From the NCBI GenBank assembly GCA_965198225.1, contig CBDAOY010000009.1, forward strand, positions 1,216,001-1,280,000: DNA of 64,000 nucleotides, read 5' to 3'. This DNA is from Terriglobia bacterium (GTDB lineage: Bacteria > Acidobacteriota > Terriglobia > 20CM-2-55-15). The stretch's first letter is position 1. Each line of letters begins with the position of its first letter. Both the position numbers and the translations under genes were made by a program. The notes below the pieces were generated by a model. It made no database searches. It had not been told where the DNA came from and saw only the letters and a program-made list of their open reading frames with translations. This document shows, piece by piece, positions 20,588-29,291 of this stretch.

Positions 20588-21754
20588 TTCCTCCCCGACT
20601 TCTCCCCGGTTGAGCCTCTTGAAGAGAGTGGGGAACAGCAGTCCCGATACGACGGCCATGAGGATTACCGTCGCACTTTCCGCTTCGGTCAATGCCCCAA
20701 GTTCCAGACCCAGCGTGGCGATCGCCACCAGCAGCGTCAGGGGTGTGGCCAGGAGCAGTGAAGCTCCGGCGAGCTGTCTCAACCCGAAGTGTTCGAGACG
20801 AAGGAGGGCGCAAGCCGCAGCCTTGACTAACAGGGACAACACGAGGATCTCCATGAGCAGCGGCAGTATTCCGGGACTCCTCAAGGCCGCCAAATTGAAA
20901 CTGACTCCGACGTGGATGAAGAAGATCGGGATAAAGAAGCCCTGACCGATCCCTGCCATCTTCGTTTCCAGCCCACCCTTCTCGCGGAAAACGAAGGAGA
21001 ACAGAGCGCCGGCGAGGAACGCGCCCAGGATGGCTTCCATGCCGAGCAGTTCGGAAATCGCGACGAAGGCGATCATCAGGGCCAGGCCGGCCCGAACCCC
21101 GACTTCTGACGGATCCTCGATCTCGATCCACCTCGAGAACTGAGCCGGATACCACCACACGAGCAGCCGCAGGAACATCAGGACCAGGTAGGCGAGCGCA
21201 AAGACAGCCCCCAGCCGCACCACTTCCTCGAGGAATTCGAGCCCGAGGCCGAACCGGAAGACGATGTTATAGAACGTCGCGATTACGATCGTCAGGAACT
21301 CTCCAACGGATCCGACGAGTATGACGGTCTGTCCAAAATCCGAACGCGCCATTCCGGTTTCCCGCAGACATACGAGGACGATTCCGATCGAGGTTGCCCC
21401 CAGGACGATCGCGAAGAAGAGCGAGCGGCCCTGCTGGTAGGCGGCCAGGAAAGCCAATCCCATGATGACCCCTGCGACCAGGACGCTGATGAACAACAGT
21501 CGGGGCCCGCGACGTTCGAGGCTCGTGAAATCCAGTTCGAGCCCGGCGAGGAACATGAGAAAGGCGAAACCGAATTCTGCGATGAAGCTGAAGAACTCGG
21601 TTTCGGTCACGATCCCGAGGAGGTAGGGACCGACGAGGATGCCGAAGACGATCTCGCCGACGGCGGCCGGAACACCGAGGCGTCCGCTGAGGAGCGGTAC
21701 AAGAAACGCACCGATCGCTATCACCAGGAGTGTGATGGCTTGGGAGGCTTCCAT
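20582..21754 (-). CDS. Cation:proton antiporter (CPA2 family)
   Basis: About 12 TM helices; VGEI.FGILVGP, FLMFLAGLE, ILGAFLAG, FFIPIFF..VG. Confidence 0.9.
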   Translation of the reverse strand: MEASQAITLLVIAIGAFLVPLLSGRLGVPAAVGEIVFGILVGPYLLGIVTETEFFSFIAEFGFAFLMFLAGLELDFTSLERRGPRLLFISVLVAGVIMGLAFLAAYQQGRSLFFAIVLGATSIGIVLVCLRETGMARSDFGQTVILVGSVGEFLTIVIATFYNIVFRFGLGLEFLEEVVRLGAVFALAYLVLMFLRLLVWWYPAQFSRWIEIEDPSEVGVRAGLALMIAFVAISELLGMEAILGAFLAGALFSFVFREKGGLETKMAGIGQGFFIPIFFIHVGVSFNLAALRSPGILPLLMEILVLSLLVKAAACALLRLEHFGLRQLAGASLLLATPLTLLVAIATLGLELGALTEAESATVILMAVVSGLLFPTLFKRLNRGEVGEEV

Positions 21755-21755
21755 G

Positions 21756-23213
21756 CTATATCGGCAGGACGAAGGTCGTGATCGGGGATCGCCGCAGGAG
21801 ATGCTGGCTCGCGTCCGGGTTGAAGAACGACGGTTTCCGGTTCTTGGAGTGTGAGACAACCATCATCTGGTAGTCCGGGCAGAGATCGAGGACCTCCTCG
21901 ATCGGGTTGCCTTCCAGGTGGACCTGTTCGACGTCCAGGTGGTAGAGGCTGGCCAGGTGGGTGACCTTCTCGAGCGCGGCCTTCTGATCTTCGATCGTCG
22001 CGGCGCCGACGACGAAGCGGGGCGCCGACACGGTAACCGCCGTGACCTCTGCCCTGTGCATCCTGGCCAGATCGAAAGCCAGCCGTGCGACCTGCATCGA
22101 GGATTCCGAGTCGGTGACCGGGAGCAGGACCTTTCGGTACGGGTAGGTTCCCCGCAGTACTGCCAGCGGTGACTCCATCTGCTTGAAGATTTCGGCCATT
22201 GCCGTCCTTCGGAGCCCGATTCGCTCGAGGAATCGGAAGCGGTCGTCGGGGACGACAAGGAAGCCGCAATCTTTCGGCACTACGTGTTTCGCGGTGACGT
22301 CGCCGTAGTTGCCGAAGACCGCGACGGTCGATGCGTCGATTCGATGGTCGGTGCTGACCCGCTCCACGGCCGACTGGATTCCAGGCTCATGGGGCCAGTA
22401 GAGGACTTCTACCCCCCTTGCCCGGCTGTGGTCGAGGATGTAGCGGAGTTCGCCGACGATATCCTCGAAGTCCGACGAGCTCTCGGTGAGCACCAGGATG
22501 TTGGACCCGAACTCGAGCGGGAACTCAGGCTCGCCGATCCGAAAATACTCGGCAATGGAAGGGAGAATCTCGGGTTCGCCAATCAGGATGACCCGGTCAT
22601 CCTGTTCGATTCGCGTGGGACCGCTTGGAACGACGAGCTTCTCGTCCCTGTAGATCGCGCCAACATTCCATCGGCGGGATCGGACTGACGACAAGGCCCG
22701 CCCGATCATCGGAGAAGAGGGGAGGACGCGCACCTCGACGACCTCGCCCCGACCTTCACCCGTGCTCAACGACGTTCCGACACCATGTAGAACCCGGTTT
22801 TCGAGGCTGACGGCCGCGGCGTAGGAGGGGGTGACAAAGTCGATGCCGGCTTCCCGGTATCGTTCCCGCTGTGAGAATTTAGCGACCGCGGCAAAGAGGT
22901 TGGACTTCTCAAAATGCTCCCGGGCGAGCCGGCACACCTCCAGGTTGACGTCGTCGGAGGACGTGACCGCTATGACGTAGTCGACATGCTCGATTCCCGC
23001 CCGCTCCAGAATCAGTCTGCTTGTCCCGTCTCCGACGGTCTTCAGGACTCTTTCCGGATCGACATCTTCACGGATCAGCCCAAGCTTGTTCTTATCCGGA
23101 TCGACGATGGAAATCCGCCAGGTAGCAACGAGCCGCCGGAGCAGTTCGCGTCCGGTTGTTCCCGCGCCCACGACCAGCACACGGGGCTCCAACTTGGAAT
23201 CGGCCAGTTTCAT
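21756..23213 (-). CDS. TrkA-N/TrkA-C (RCK) plus universal stress protein fusion
   Basis: GAGTTG NAD motif, GDGT, TSSDDVNL, P.G.TRIEQDDRV; C-terminal USP (KVLLPVTDSE.S...GNP.EE). Confidence 0.85.
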   Translation of the reverse strand: MKLADSKLEPRVLVVGAGTTGRELLRRLVATWRISIVDPDKNKLGLIREDVDPERVLKTVGDGTSRLILERAGIEHVDYVIAVTSSDDVNLEVCRLAREHFEKSNLFAAVAKFSQRERYREAGIDFVTPSYAAAVSLENRVLHGVGTSLSTGEGRGEVVEVRVLPSSPMIGRALSSVRSRRWNVGAIYRDEKLVVPSGPTRIEQDDRVILIGEPEILPSIAEYFRIGEPEFPLEFGSNILVLTESSSDFEDIVGELRYILDHSRARGVEVLYWPHEPGIQSAVERVSTDHRIDASTVAVFGNYGDVTAKHVVPKDCGFLVVPDDRFRFLERIGLRRTAMAEIFKQMESPLAVLRGTYPYRKVLLPVTDSESSMQVARLAFDLARMHRAEVTAVTVSAPRFVVGAATIEDQKAALEKVTHLASLYHLDVEQVHLEGNPIEEVLDLCPDYQMMVVSHSKNRKPSFFNPDASQHLLRRSPITTFVLPI

Positions 23214-23323
23214 ACGCTACAGGCCGCTGGTTTCCGGCGAGACGGTGAGAAACCGGCTGACTGTCCCAGCGGCGAGAAACGGCAGCCCGTTCTTGAGTCA
23301 GAAGTGGCGTCCGCCTCAGGACA

Positions 23324-24103
23324 CTAGAAGCCTTTGACCTTTCCGGCCTTCTTGTAGCACTGAAAAACGATATGCCATCCAATCGCGATCACGAGCAGCC
23401 AGAAGACCCAATAGTAGTTGTTGGGAATCCCCAGGTTGCCTCCGGCGAAGAAGGTTGCGTGCTGTCCGATCATTGCCCAGAGCAGCGGCAGAGACATGTA
23501 CGTGTTGTGCTTCGATCGCAGGCCGGCCAACTTGGGAAGGGCGGGATCAGGCGCTTCGCCGTTCTTGACGGCCAAGATGATTTTCTGCTGGGCCGGCCAG
23601 ATCCGGTACCAGACATTGAACGCCATCGCTGTTCCGAAGAGCGCTCCCGTGTGAATCAGAGTTCCCCGATAGCTGAAGTGGCCGACGTAGTGGAAGAGCG
23701 CAACTACGACGGAGAGGAGTATGAAGGAAACGATCACCGCCACCCGCACGTTGGAGGCGAGGCCGCTCTTCCAGAGGGCGTCGTAGACGAATACCGCGAG
23801 AAAGGTGACCGCGATCATGATCAACGGACCGGCCGACCATGTGGCGTCGGTTGCGAGCGTCTGCTGTCCATGGTAGTAGACCACCGCCAGCAGCAGCACA
23901 CCTGTGATCCACGTCCAGGCGGCTCCCCATCGGAACCAGAACAGCGCCCGCGGCATGAGCTCAGGCACGACGGCTTTCTTGGTCGGGCCGTCAAGCGCCG
24001 CCGCCATCGGACCGTTGACCCAGTTGAAGAAGTATAAATGTCCAATCCAGATGATTCCGACAAAGACGTGCATCCATCTGAAGAGTGTCTCCAATCCGTT
24101 CAT
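23324..24103 (-). CDS. Urate hydroxylase PuuD family membrane protein (no cytochrome c domain)
   Basis: FRW.HV..GI.WIG..YFFN, WFRWGA..TW.TG, FNVW..IWP.Q.K, RSKHNTY..LP. Confidence 0.8.
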   Translation of the reverse strand: MNGLETLFRWMHVFVGIIWIGHLYFFNWVNGPMAAALDGPTKKAVVPELMPRALFWFRWGAAWTWITGVLLLAVVYYHGQQTLATDATWSAGPLIMIAVTFLAVFVYDALWKSGLASNVRVAVIVSFILLSVVVALFHYVGHFSYRGTLIHTGALFGTAMAFNVWYRIWPAQQKIILAVKNGEAPDPALPKLAGLRSKHNTYMSLPLLWAMIGQHATFFAGGNLGIPNNYYWVFWLLVIAIGWHIVFQCYKKAGKVKGF

Positions 24104-24584
24104 CGCTAACTCCTTCGGTTCAGAATTCGGGTTCAGAAATCCATAAGGAAAGAAACCGGTGGATTCTATCGACGGACTCCCGAAACTGCGAATTGCCTGG
24201 CCGAGCTGGAGGTTGATCTGCAGCCTCCCCAGCTCGCACGAGAGTAGTAGTGACGCCCTAGCGGCCGCCACAAGTGTCGATGGCGGTTGACGTTACCATA
24301 TCCCGGGTCAAATTGGAAATGGGGCCCCGCTGGAGTGAGTTGCGGCTGGTTTTGGATAGCTCGACGGGAGGAATCGGTTGCAAAATCTCTCCCGTTCCGA
24401 TTGAATGGGACGCATCTCAGGCTACATTGATGAGACTGTTCTGAAGCGTCGCGTCTTCCCATCAGGCGGTCACCCATGGCGTGGGGGATTTTCCTTGTTG
24501 AAGGCGGGGCGCTTCGCCATTTAGATCTCGCGCTATGCGGCCAGTCCACATCATCTTATAATCCGGCGCGCTCAGGGGGTGCCC

Positions 24585-25607
24585 ATGCCACTTCTGACAA
24601 CAGTGATCGCCTGCCTCCTGTTTGTGAGCCAGGCCATGGCACAGAACAGCTCTCCGCTCGAGCGCCTGCTCGAGTCCGAGCTGTCGCGTTTTCCGGCGCG
24701 GGCGGGAATCTACGTGAAGCACCTGCAGACAGGGGAAGAGGCCGGCGTCCGGGCCGCCGAGGCGTTCAACAGCGCCAGCGTGATCAAGATCACGATCATG
24801 GCGATGGCGCTCCAGTGGGTGGACGAAGGGAAGCTCGACCTGGACGAGCGGGTTGAAGTCACTCCATCGGATTTTCGGGGAGGATCGGGGATATTCCGCA
24901 GGCATGACCCCGGACTCAATCCAACCACACGGGATGTGCTCACCCAGATGATCGCCACGAGCGACAACTCCGCCACGGACATGATGATTACCCGGCTCGG
25001 GGGTGTCGATGCCGTCAACGAATGGATCGAAGCCGCCGGCTATGGAGACACGCGACTCGTACAGACGATCTACGAGATTTTCCGCTCGATTTACGAGCCT
25101 CTCGGCCCGGAATACGAAGCTTTGACCCCTGAAGAGCTCTACGCCATCCAGTCGAACGATCCGTTTTTCACCGAAACCCGGCCGGAGCTAATGGAAAAGT
25201 TTAGAAGCGACAGCGGCGGCCGTCGGTTGGGCGTGGAGTGGCGACAGGGTTACCGGAACAACCCGGAAGGCTGGCTCGGTGTGATGACGCCGGCCGAAAC
25301 AGGCCGTATCCTCGAAGACATCCAGCAGGGTCGCCTGGCATCTGAAAGCGGCACCGCCGAGATGTTGCGGATGTTGCGTCGCCAGCTTTCCGGCGCCCGC
25401 CGGCTGCCCCATTACATCAATGTGCCGGTCGGCCACAAGACCGGAGATCTCTCCGACGTCGCCAACGACGTCGGCATCATCTACGCGCGCACCGGGCCCG
25501 TCGTCGTTGCGGTCTTCACGTCCGAAATCGAGGGTCCCTACGCCGAACTCGAAGACCGGATCGGCCGCGTCGCGCAGCGCATCGTGGACTACTTCGACGG
25601 AAGATAG
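24585..25607 (+). CDS. Exported serine hydrolase, class A beta-lactamase-like fold
   Basis: Signal peptide; ASVIK (SxxK), SDN, HKTG, NDVGII. Confidence 0.85.
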   Translation: MPLLTTVIACLLFVSQAMAQNSSPLERLLESELSRFPARAGIYVKHLQTGEEAGVRAAEAFNSASVIKITIMAMALQWVDEGKLDLDERVEVTPSDFRGGSGIFRRHDPGLNPTTRDVLTQMIATSDNSATDMMITRLGGVDAVNEWIEAAGYGDTRLVQTIYEIFRSIYEPLGPEYEALTPEELYAIQSNDPFFTETRPELMEKFRSDSGGRRLGVEWRQGYRNNPEGWLGVMTPAETGRILEDIQQGRLASESGTAEMLRMLRRQLSGARRLPHYINVPVGHKTGDLSDVANDVGIIYARTGPVVVAVFTSEIEGPYAELEDRIGRVAQRIVDYFDGR

Positions 25608-26966
25608 ATGGAACTGGCACTTCCCGTCATCGTCTTCTTCCTGCTCGGTATGACCGGAATCGGGGTGTGGCATGCCCGCAAGGTCCGTTCCGCCAGAGAT
25701 TTCGCCCTTGCCGGGAGGCGAATCGGAGCCCCGGTACTCGCCGGCACGCTGATCGCGACCTGGATCGGCACCGGTTCGTTGTTCGGCAACAGCGAGTTCA
25801 CCTACCTGCATGGGGCAGCCGGTTTCTTCCTGCCGCTGTCGGGGGTCGTGGGGATGCTGATACTGGCTCACCTGGCCCCGCGGGTCCGCGAACTACCAGC
25901 ATCCAGCGTCCCGCAGATACTTGGCCTGCGATTCGGCCGGTTGGCGCAGGTCCTCAGTGCGGTCGCGATCATCCTGGCTTATCTGGTGATCGTTTCCTAC
26001 CAGTACCGTGCGGGCGCGGCTGTTGCGGAAAGAATCTTTCCCGGTGCCGACCAGGTGATGCTTCGGATCGGCTTCGCGGTCTTCATCATCTTGTATACGG
26101 CTCTGGCTGGCTTGATCAGCGTCGCTCTTACCGATGTCGTCAACGGGATCGTCCTTGGAACAGGTTTGATCGTCGGCCTGGCTCTGGCGTGGAACGGGTG
26201 GAATCCTGAACTGCAGCCTTTCGATCCGGCGATGCTTCAGCTTTCTGGCGGACTGGGGACGCTCGGGTGGATCAACGTGATGCTGCCACCCTTTCTCCTG
26301 ATCCTGGGTGACGCGAACATGTACCAGCGTTTTCTGGCAGCCGGATCACCCCAGACTGCCCGCCGGGCGGCGTACGGCGCCTTTGCGGGTCTCCTCGTTC
26401 TGGAGAGCGCCATCATCGGCGTGGCTTTCTTCGGCCAGGTCCTTCTTCCGAGCGCGCCGGCCAACCCCGGTCACGTGATCATCGAGATGGCTTTTACGGT
26501 ATTCCCACCACTGGTCGGACTGCTGCTTGCGGCGACGGCGGTGGCCGTTATTGTTTCGACGGCGGACTCCTACCTTCTTGTGTGCTCCACGACGGCCTCG
26601 ATGGACCTCGGTGGTGGCCTGACGACACCGTTCAAACAGCGCATCCTCGTGATCGCATTCGGACTGTTTGCGCTCTTGCCGGCCTTCCTGTGGGAAGAGT
26701 TCTTGAGCGTTGCGCTCTACGCCTACACGCTCTATGGCGCCAGCCTGACGCCTGCGATGCTGGCGGCGCTGCTCCGGCCCTCGACCTCCGCCCGTGCGGT
26801 GGTTGGCGGGATGATCGCCGGCCTCGGCACCGCACTGGTCTGGAAGGTCCTGCTCGACGGCGGGCTGCTGGGCGGCGTCTTCGCCGACCTCGACCCGGTT
26901 CTCCCCGCGCTGGGAGCGAACGCGGCGGTTTTGTTGATCCTGGAATGGACCCGCCGGGACGTGTAG
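25608..26966 (+). CDS. Sodium:solute symporter family protein
   Basis: DF.LAGR, ATWIGTGS, YT..AGL.SV..TD, YQRFLAA, STADS. Confidence 0.92.
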   Translation: MELALPVIVFFLLGMTGIGVWHARKVRSARDFALAGRRIGAPVLAGTLIATWIGTGSLFGNSEFTYLHGAAGFFLPLSGVVGMLILAHLAPRVRELPASSVPQILGLRFGRLAQVLSAVAIILAYLVIVSYQYRAGAAVAERIFPGADQVMLRIGFAVFIILYTALAGLISVALTDVVNGIVLGTGLIVGLALAWNGWNPELQPFDPAMLQLSGGLGTLGWINVMLPPFLLILGDANMYQRFLAAGSPQTARRAAYGAFAGLLVLESAIIGVAFFGQVLLPSAPANPGHVIIEMAFTVFPPLVGLLLAATAVAVIVSTADSYLLVCSTTASMDLGGGLTTPFKQRILVIAFGLFALLPAFLWEEFLSVALYAYTLYGASLTPAMLAALLRPSTSARAVVGGMIAGLGTALVWKVLLDGGLLGGVFADLDPVLPALGANAAVLLILEWTRRDV

Positions 26967-27141
26967 GCGCGTTCTATCCCAGTACACTTGCGCTTTACAG
27001 ACGATCTTGTGCGCTCATAGAGCGCACCTACACCTGTGGGGAAGATGGCGTGTGGATTAACGAGGTGTAGGTGCGGTCTATGACCGCACGTTCTTCGGGC
27101 CCGCGTCCAAATGGATGTGTAGGTGCGGTCTATGACCGCAC
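26961..27141. repeat. REP cluster (family 1, four units)
   Basis: Degenerate unit at 26961, then 27009-27033 (-), 27065-27089 (+) and 27117-27141 (+). Confidence 0.88.
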
Positions 27142-27175
27142 GTTCTTCGAGCCGAGATAATGTGCTGGATCGCAG

Positions 27176-28429
27176 CTACATCTGATCATTGAACGACGGC
27201 TTGATGACCCACAACATGGCCAGGCCGGGCAGCGCCACGATAAAGCTGATGAGAAAGAAAACCGGCCAACCGGTTGCTTCCGCGAGCCTGCCGGACGGTG
27301 CGGCCAAGACGTCGCGAGAGACTGCCATCAAGGATGACAGGAGAGCGTACTGCGTCGCTGTGAAGCGGTGATTGCAGAGGCTCATCAGAAACGCGACGAA
27401 CGCCGCGGTTCCGAGCCCGACCGAAAAGTATTCGAAGTTGATGGTACCGACCATCAGCGGGTAGTTCTGTCCCGCCCGGGCCAGCGCGAGGTAGACGAGA
27501 TTGCTTCCGGCCTGGAACAGACCGAAAACCCACAGGGAATTGTAGATCCCCATCCGGCTCAGGAGCGCCCCTCCCACGACGATTCCCAAGATCGTCGCCA
27601 GCAGGCCCATGCCGCCCTGGACCGTGCCGACATCGGTCTGACTGAACCCGGTCTGGAGCAGGAAAGGGGTTGTCATATTGTTCACCAGGGCATCACCCAT
27701 CCGGTAGACCACGATGAAGCTGAGGATCAGCAACGCGCGTCGCAGACCGAAGCGCCCGGCGAACTCGAGGAAGGGATCGACTATCGCGGCCTTCAGCGAC
27801 GACGGCGGCACCCCGGGATCAGCCGGTTCGGGCGTTCGGAGGGAAGCGAGCAGGCCGATCAGCATGAAGCCAGCCATGATCAGGTACACCGTCGGCCAGG
27901 AGATCCTGTCCGCGAGGATGAGTGCGCCCGCACCGGTGAGGAGCATGGCGACCCGATAGCCCAGGACGTTCACGGCAGCGCCGGCGCCCAGTTCCCGTTC
28001 TTCGAGGACGTCGGCGCGGTAGGCGTCGATCGCGATGTCCTGCGTGGCGCTGAAGAACGCGATCGCAATCGCGACGACGGCCACAACCCTCACCGCATCC
28101 GATGGGTCGCCAAGCGACATTGCTGCAATCGAGACGATCAGGAGAACCTGGGAGCAGGCCATCCATCCGCGTCTTCGCCCCAGGCGAGGCAGGGTGAACC
28201 GGTCGAGCAGCGGCGACCAGATGAATTTCAGGGAATAGGGAAGGGCAACCAGGCTGAATAAGCCGATCGTGGTGAGATCGACTCCCTCAATCGTAAGCCA
28301 GGCCTGAAGTGTGCGACTCGTCAGGTAGAGGGGTAGTCCGGACGAAAAACCGAGCAGGAGGAGGAACACCATCTTGCGGCTCTTGAAAACGGCGAGCAGG
28401 GAGGCCTTTTCGCGTGGGCGCGGTGCCAT
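27176..28429 (-). CDS. ampG: AmpG-family muropeptide MFS transporter
   Basis: LGFSSGLP, PYSLKFIWSP, GRRRGW, SATQDIAIDAYR, ATQYALLSS. Confidence 0.92.
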   Translation of the reverse strand: MAPRPREKASLLAVFKSRKMVFLLLLGFSSGLPLYLTSRTLQAWLTIEGVDLTTIGLFSLVALPYSLKFIWSPLLDRFTLPRLGRRRGWMACSQVLLIVSIAAMSLGDPSDAVRVVAVVAIAIAFFSATQDIAIDAYRADVLEERELGAGAAVNVLGYRVAMLLTGAGALILADRISWPTVYLIMAGFMLIGLLASLRTPEPADPGVPPSSLKAAIVDPFLEFAGRFGLRRALLILSFIVVYRMGDALVNNMTTPFLLQTGFSQTDVGTVQGGMGLLATILGIVVGGALLSRMGIYNSLWVFGLFQAGSNLVYLALARAGQNYPLMVGTINFEYFSVGLGTAAFVAFLMSLCNHRFTATQYALLSSLMAVSRDVLAAPSGRLAEATGWPVFFLISFIVALPGLAMLWVIKPSFNDQM

Positions 28430-28448
28430 CGGTGGGACATGTTAGCAG

Positions 28449-28480
28449 AAAGAAAACGGGCCCGCCGAAGCGGACCCGGT
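28449..28480 (-). terminator. Putative terminator after hsp20
   Basis: cgggcccgc-cgaa-gcggacccg with an A-tract on the left. Confidence 0.6.
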
Positions 28481-28505
28481 TGGTAAAGGGTTGGACGATT
28501 CGTGA

Positions 28506-28949
28506 TTACGAGGCGATCTTGATCTGCCGGGGCTTGACCTGTTCCTGCTTCGGCAGAGTGACGGTCAGCAACCCGTCCTTGAAGTCCGCCTTGATCTTGC
28601 CCTCTTCGATCGTCGTGGGCAGGGAAAACGACCGGCTGAAGGAGCCGTAGGCCCTTTCGATCCGGTGATAGTTGTCCTTGTTGTCTTCGCTCTCGAAACG
28701 CCGCTCGCCCTTGATGGTGAGAACGTTCTTCTCCAGATGAAGCTCGACCGCCTCGGGCGCGATGCCGGGCAGCTCCGCCTTCAGGACGAGCTCGTTCTCC
28801 GCCTCGAAAATATCCACATTCGGGCTCCAAGTCGTCGTGTCCGAAGGCTCACGACCCGGCCAGCTTCGGGTGTTCGTTCCGAAGATCCGGTTGAACTGAG
28901 TCTCGAGAGAGTTCAACTCGCGAAAAGGGTCCCATCGAACCAGTGCCAT
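28506..28949 (-). CDS. Hsp20/alpha-crystallin small heat shock protein
   Basis: MALVRWDPFREL, WSPNVDIFE, ELPG, ERAYGSFSRSF.LP, A.FKDGLL; AGGAGG RBS. Confidence 0.96.
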   Translation of the reverse strand: MALVRWDPFRELNSLETQFNRIFGTNTRSWPGREPSDTTTWSPNVDIFEAENELVLKAELPGIAPEAVELHLEKNVLTIKGERRFESEDNKDNYHRIERAYGSFSRSFSLPTTIEEGKIKADFKDGLLTVTLPKQEQVKPRQIKIAS

Positions 28950-29035
28950 TGTCTCCTCCTTGTTGTTAAAAGACGTTAATTTGATGGCTGCCGAAAGGGC
29001 CGATTCCCGCTCAACGGGCCCTGCCGGCACCTTCA

Positions 29036-29064
29036 TTTATAGAATATGATAGTAATACTGTCAA
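29036..29064 (-). promoter_or_regulatory. sigma70-type promoter of hsp20
   Basis: Minus strand TTGACA (29064-29059), 17 nt spacer, TATAAA (29041-29036). Confidence 0.75.
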
Positions 29065-29291
29065 GTAATTTTATTAGAATACGCTAATATTTTGAAGTGC
29101 CGGTGAAGCGGGAGAATCTAAGTTCTTCTTTTTTAATTAGTTGATCTCCAAGGATCCAGGCTTGGGAGGAGGCTTTCGGTGCGTCGGTCAGCCGGCTGAT
29201 GGCCGGGTGCATCGTAACCGTCGCCAGCTCGAAGACGTACTAGAATGGTGACTGGCGGGTGGAAGCCCGTGTCTATAAAAGGAGCCCTTGA

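Noticed and set aside
24585-25607. Bona fide class A beta-lactamase resistance gene
   Set aside because: SxxK, SDN and KTG are present, but no recognisable E166 omega-loop motif is visible and there is a long insertion, so resistance cannot be claimed.
26961-27141. Possible CRISPR array (25-bp palindromic repeats with ~27-31-bp gaps)
   Set aside because: The units have mixed orientation, the same repeat is scattered across the window, the gaps share sequence, and there are no cas genes. These are REPs.
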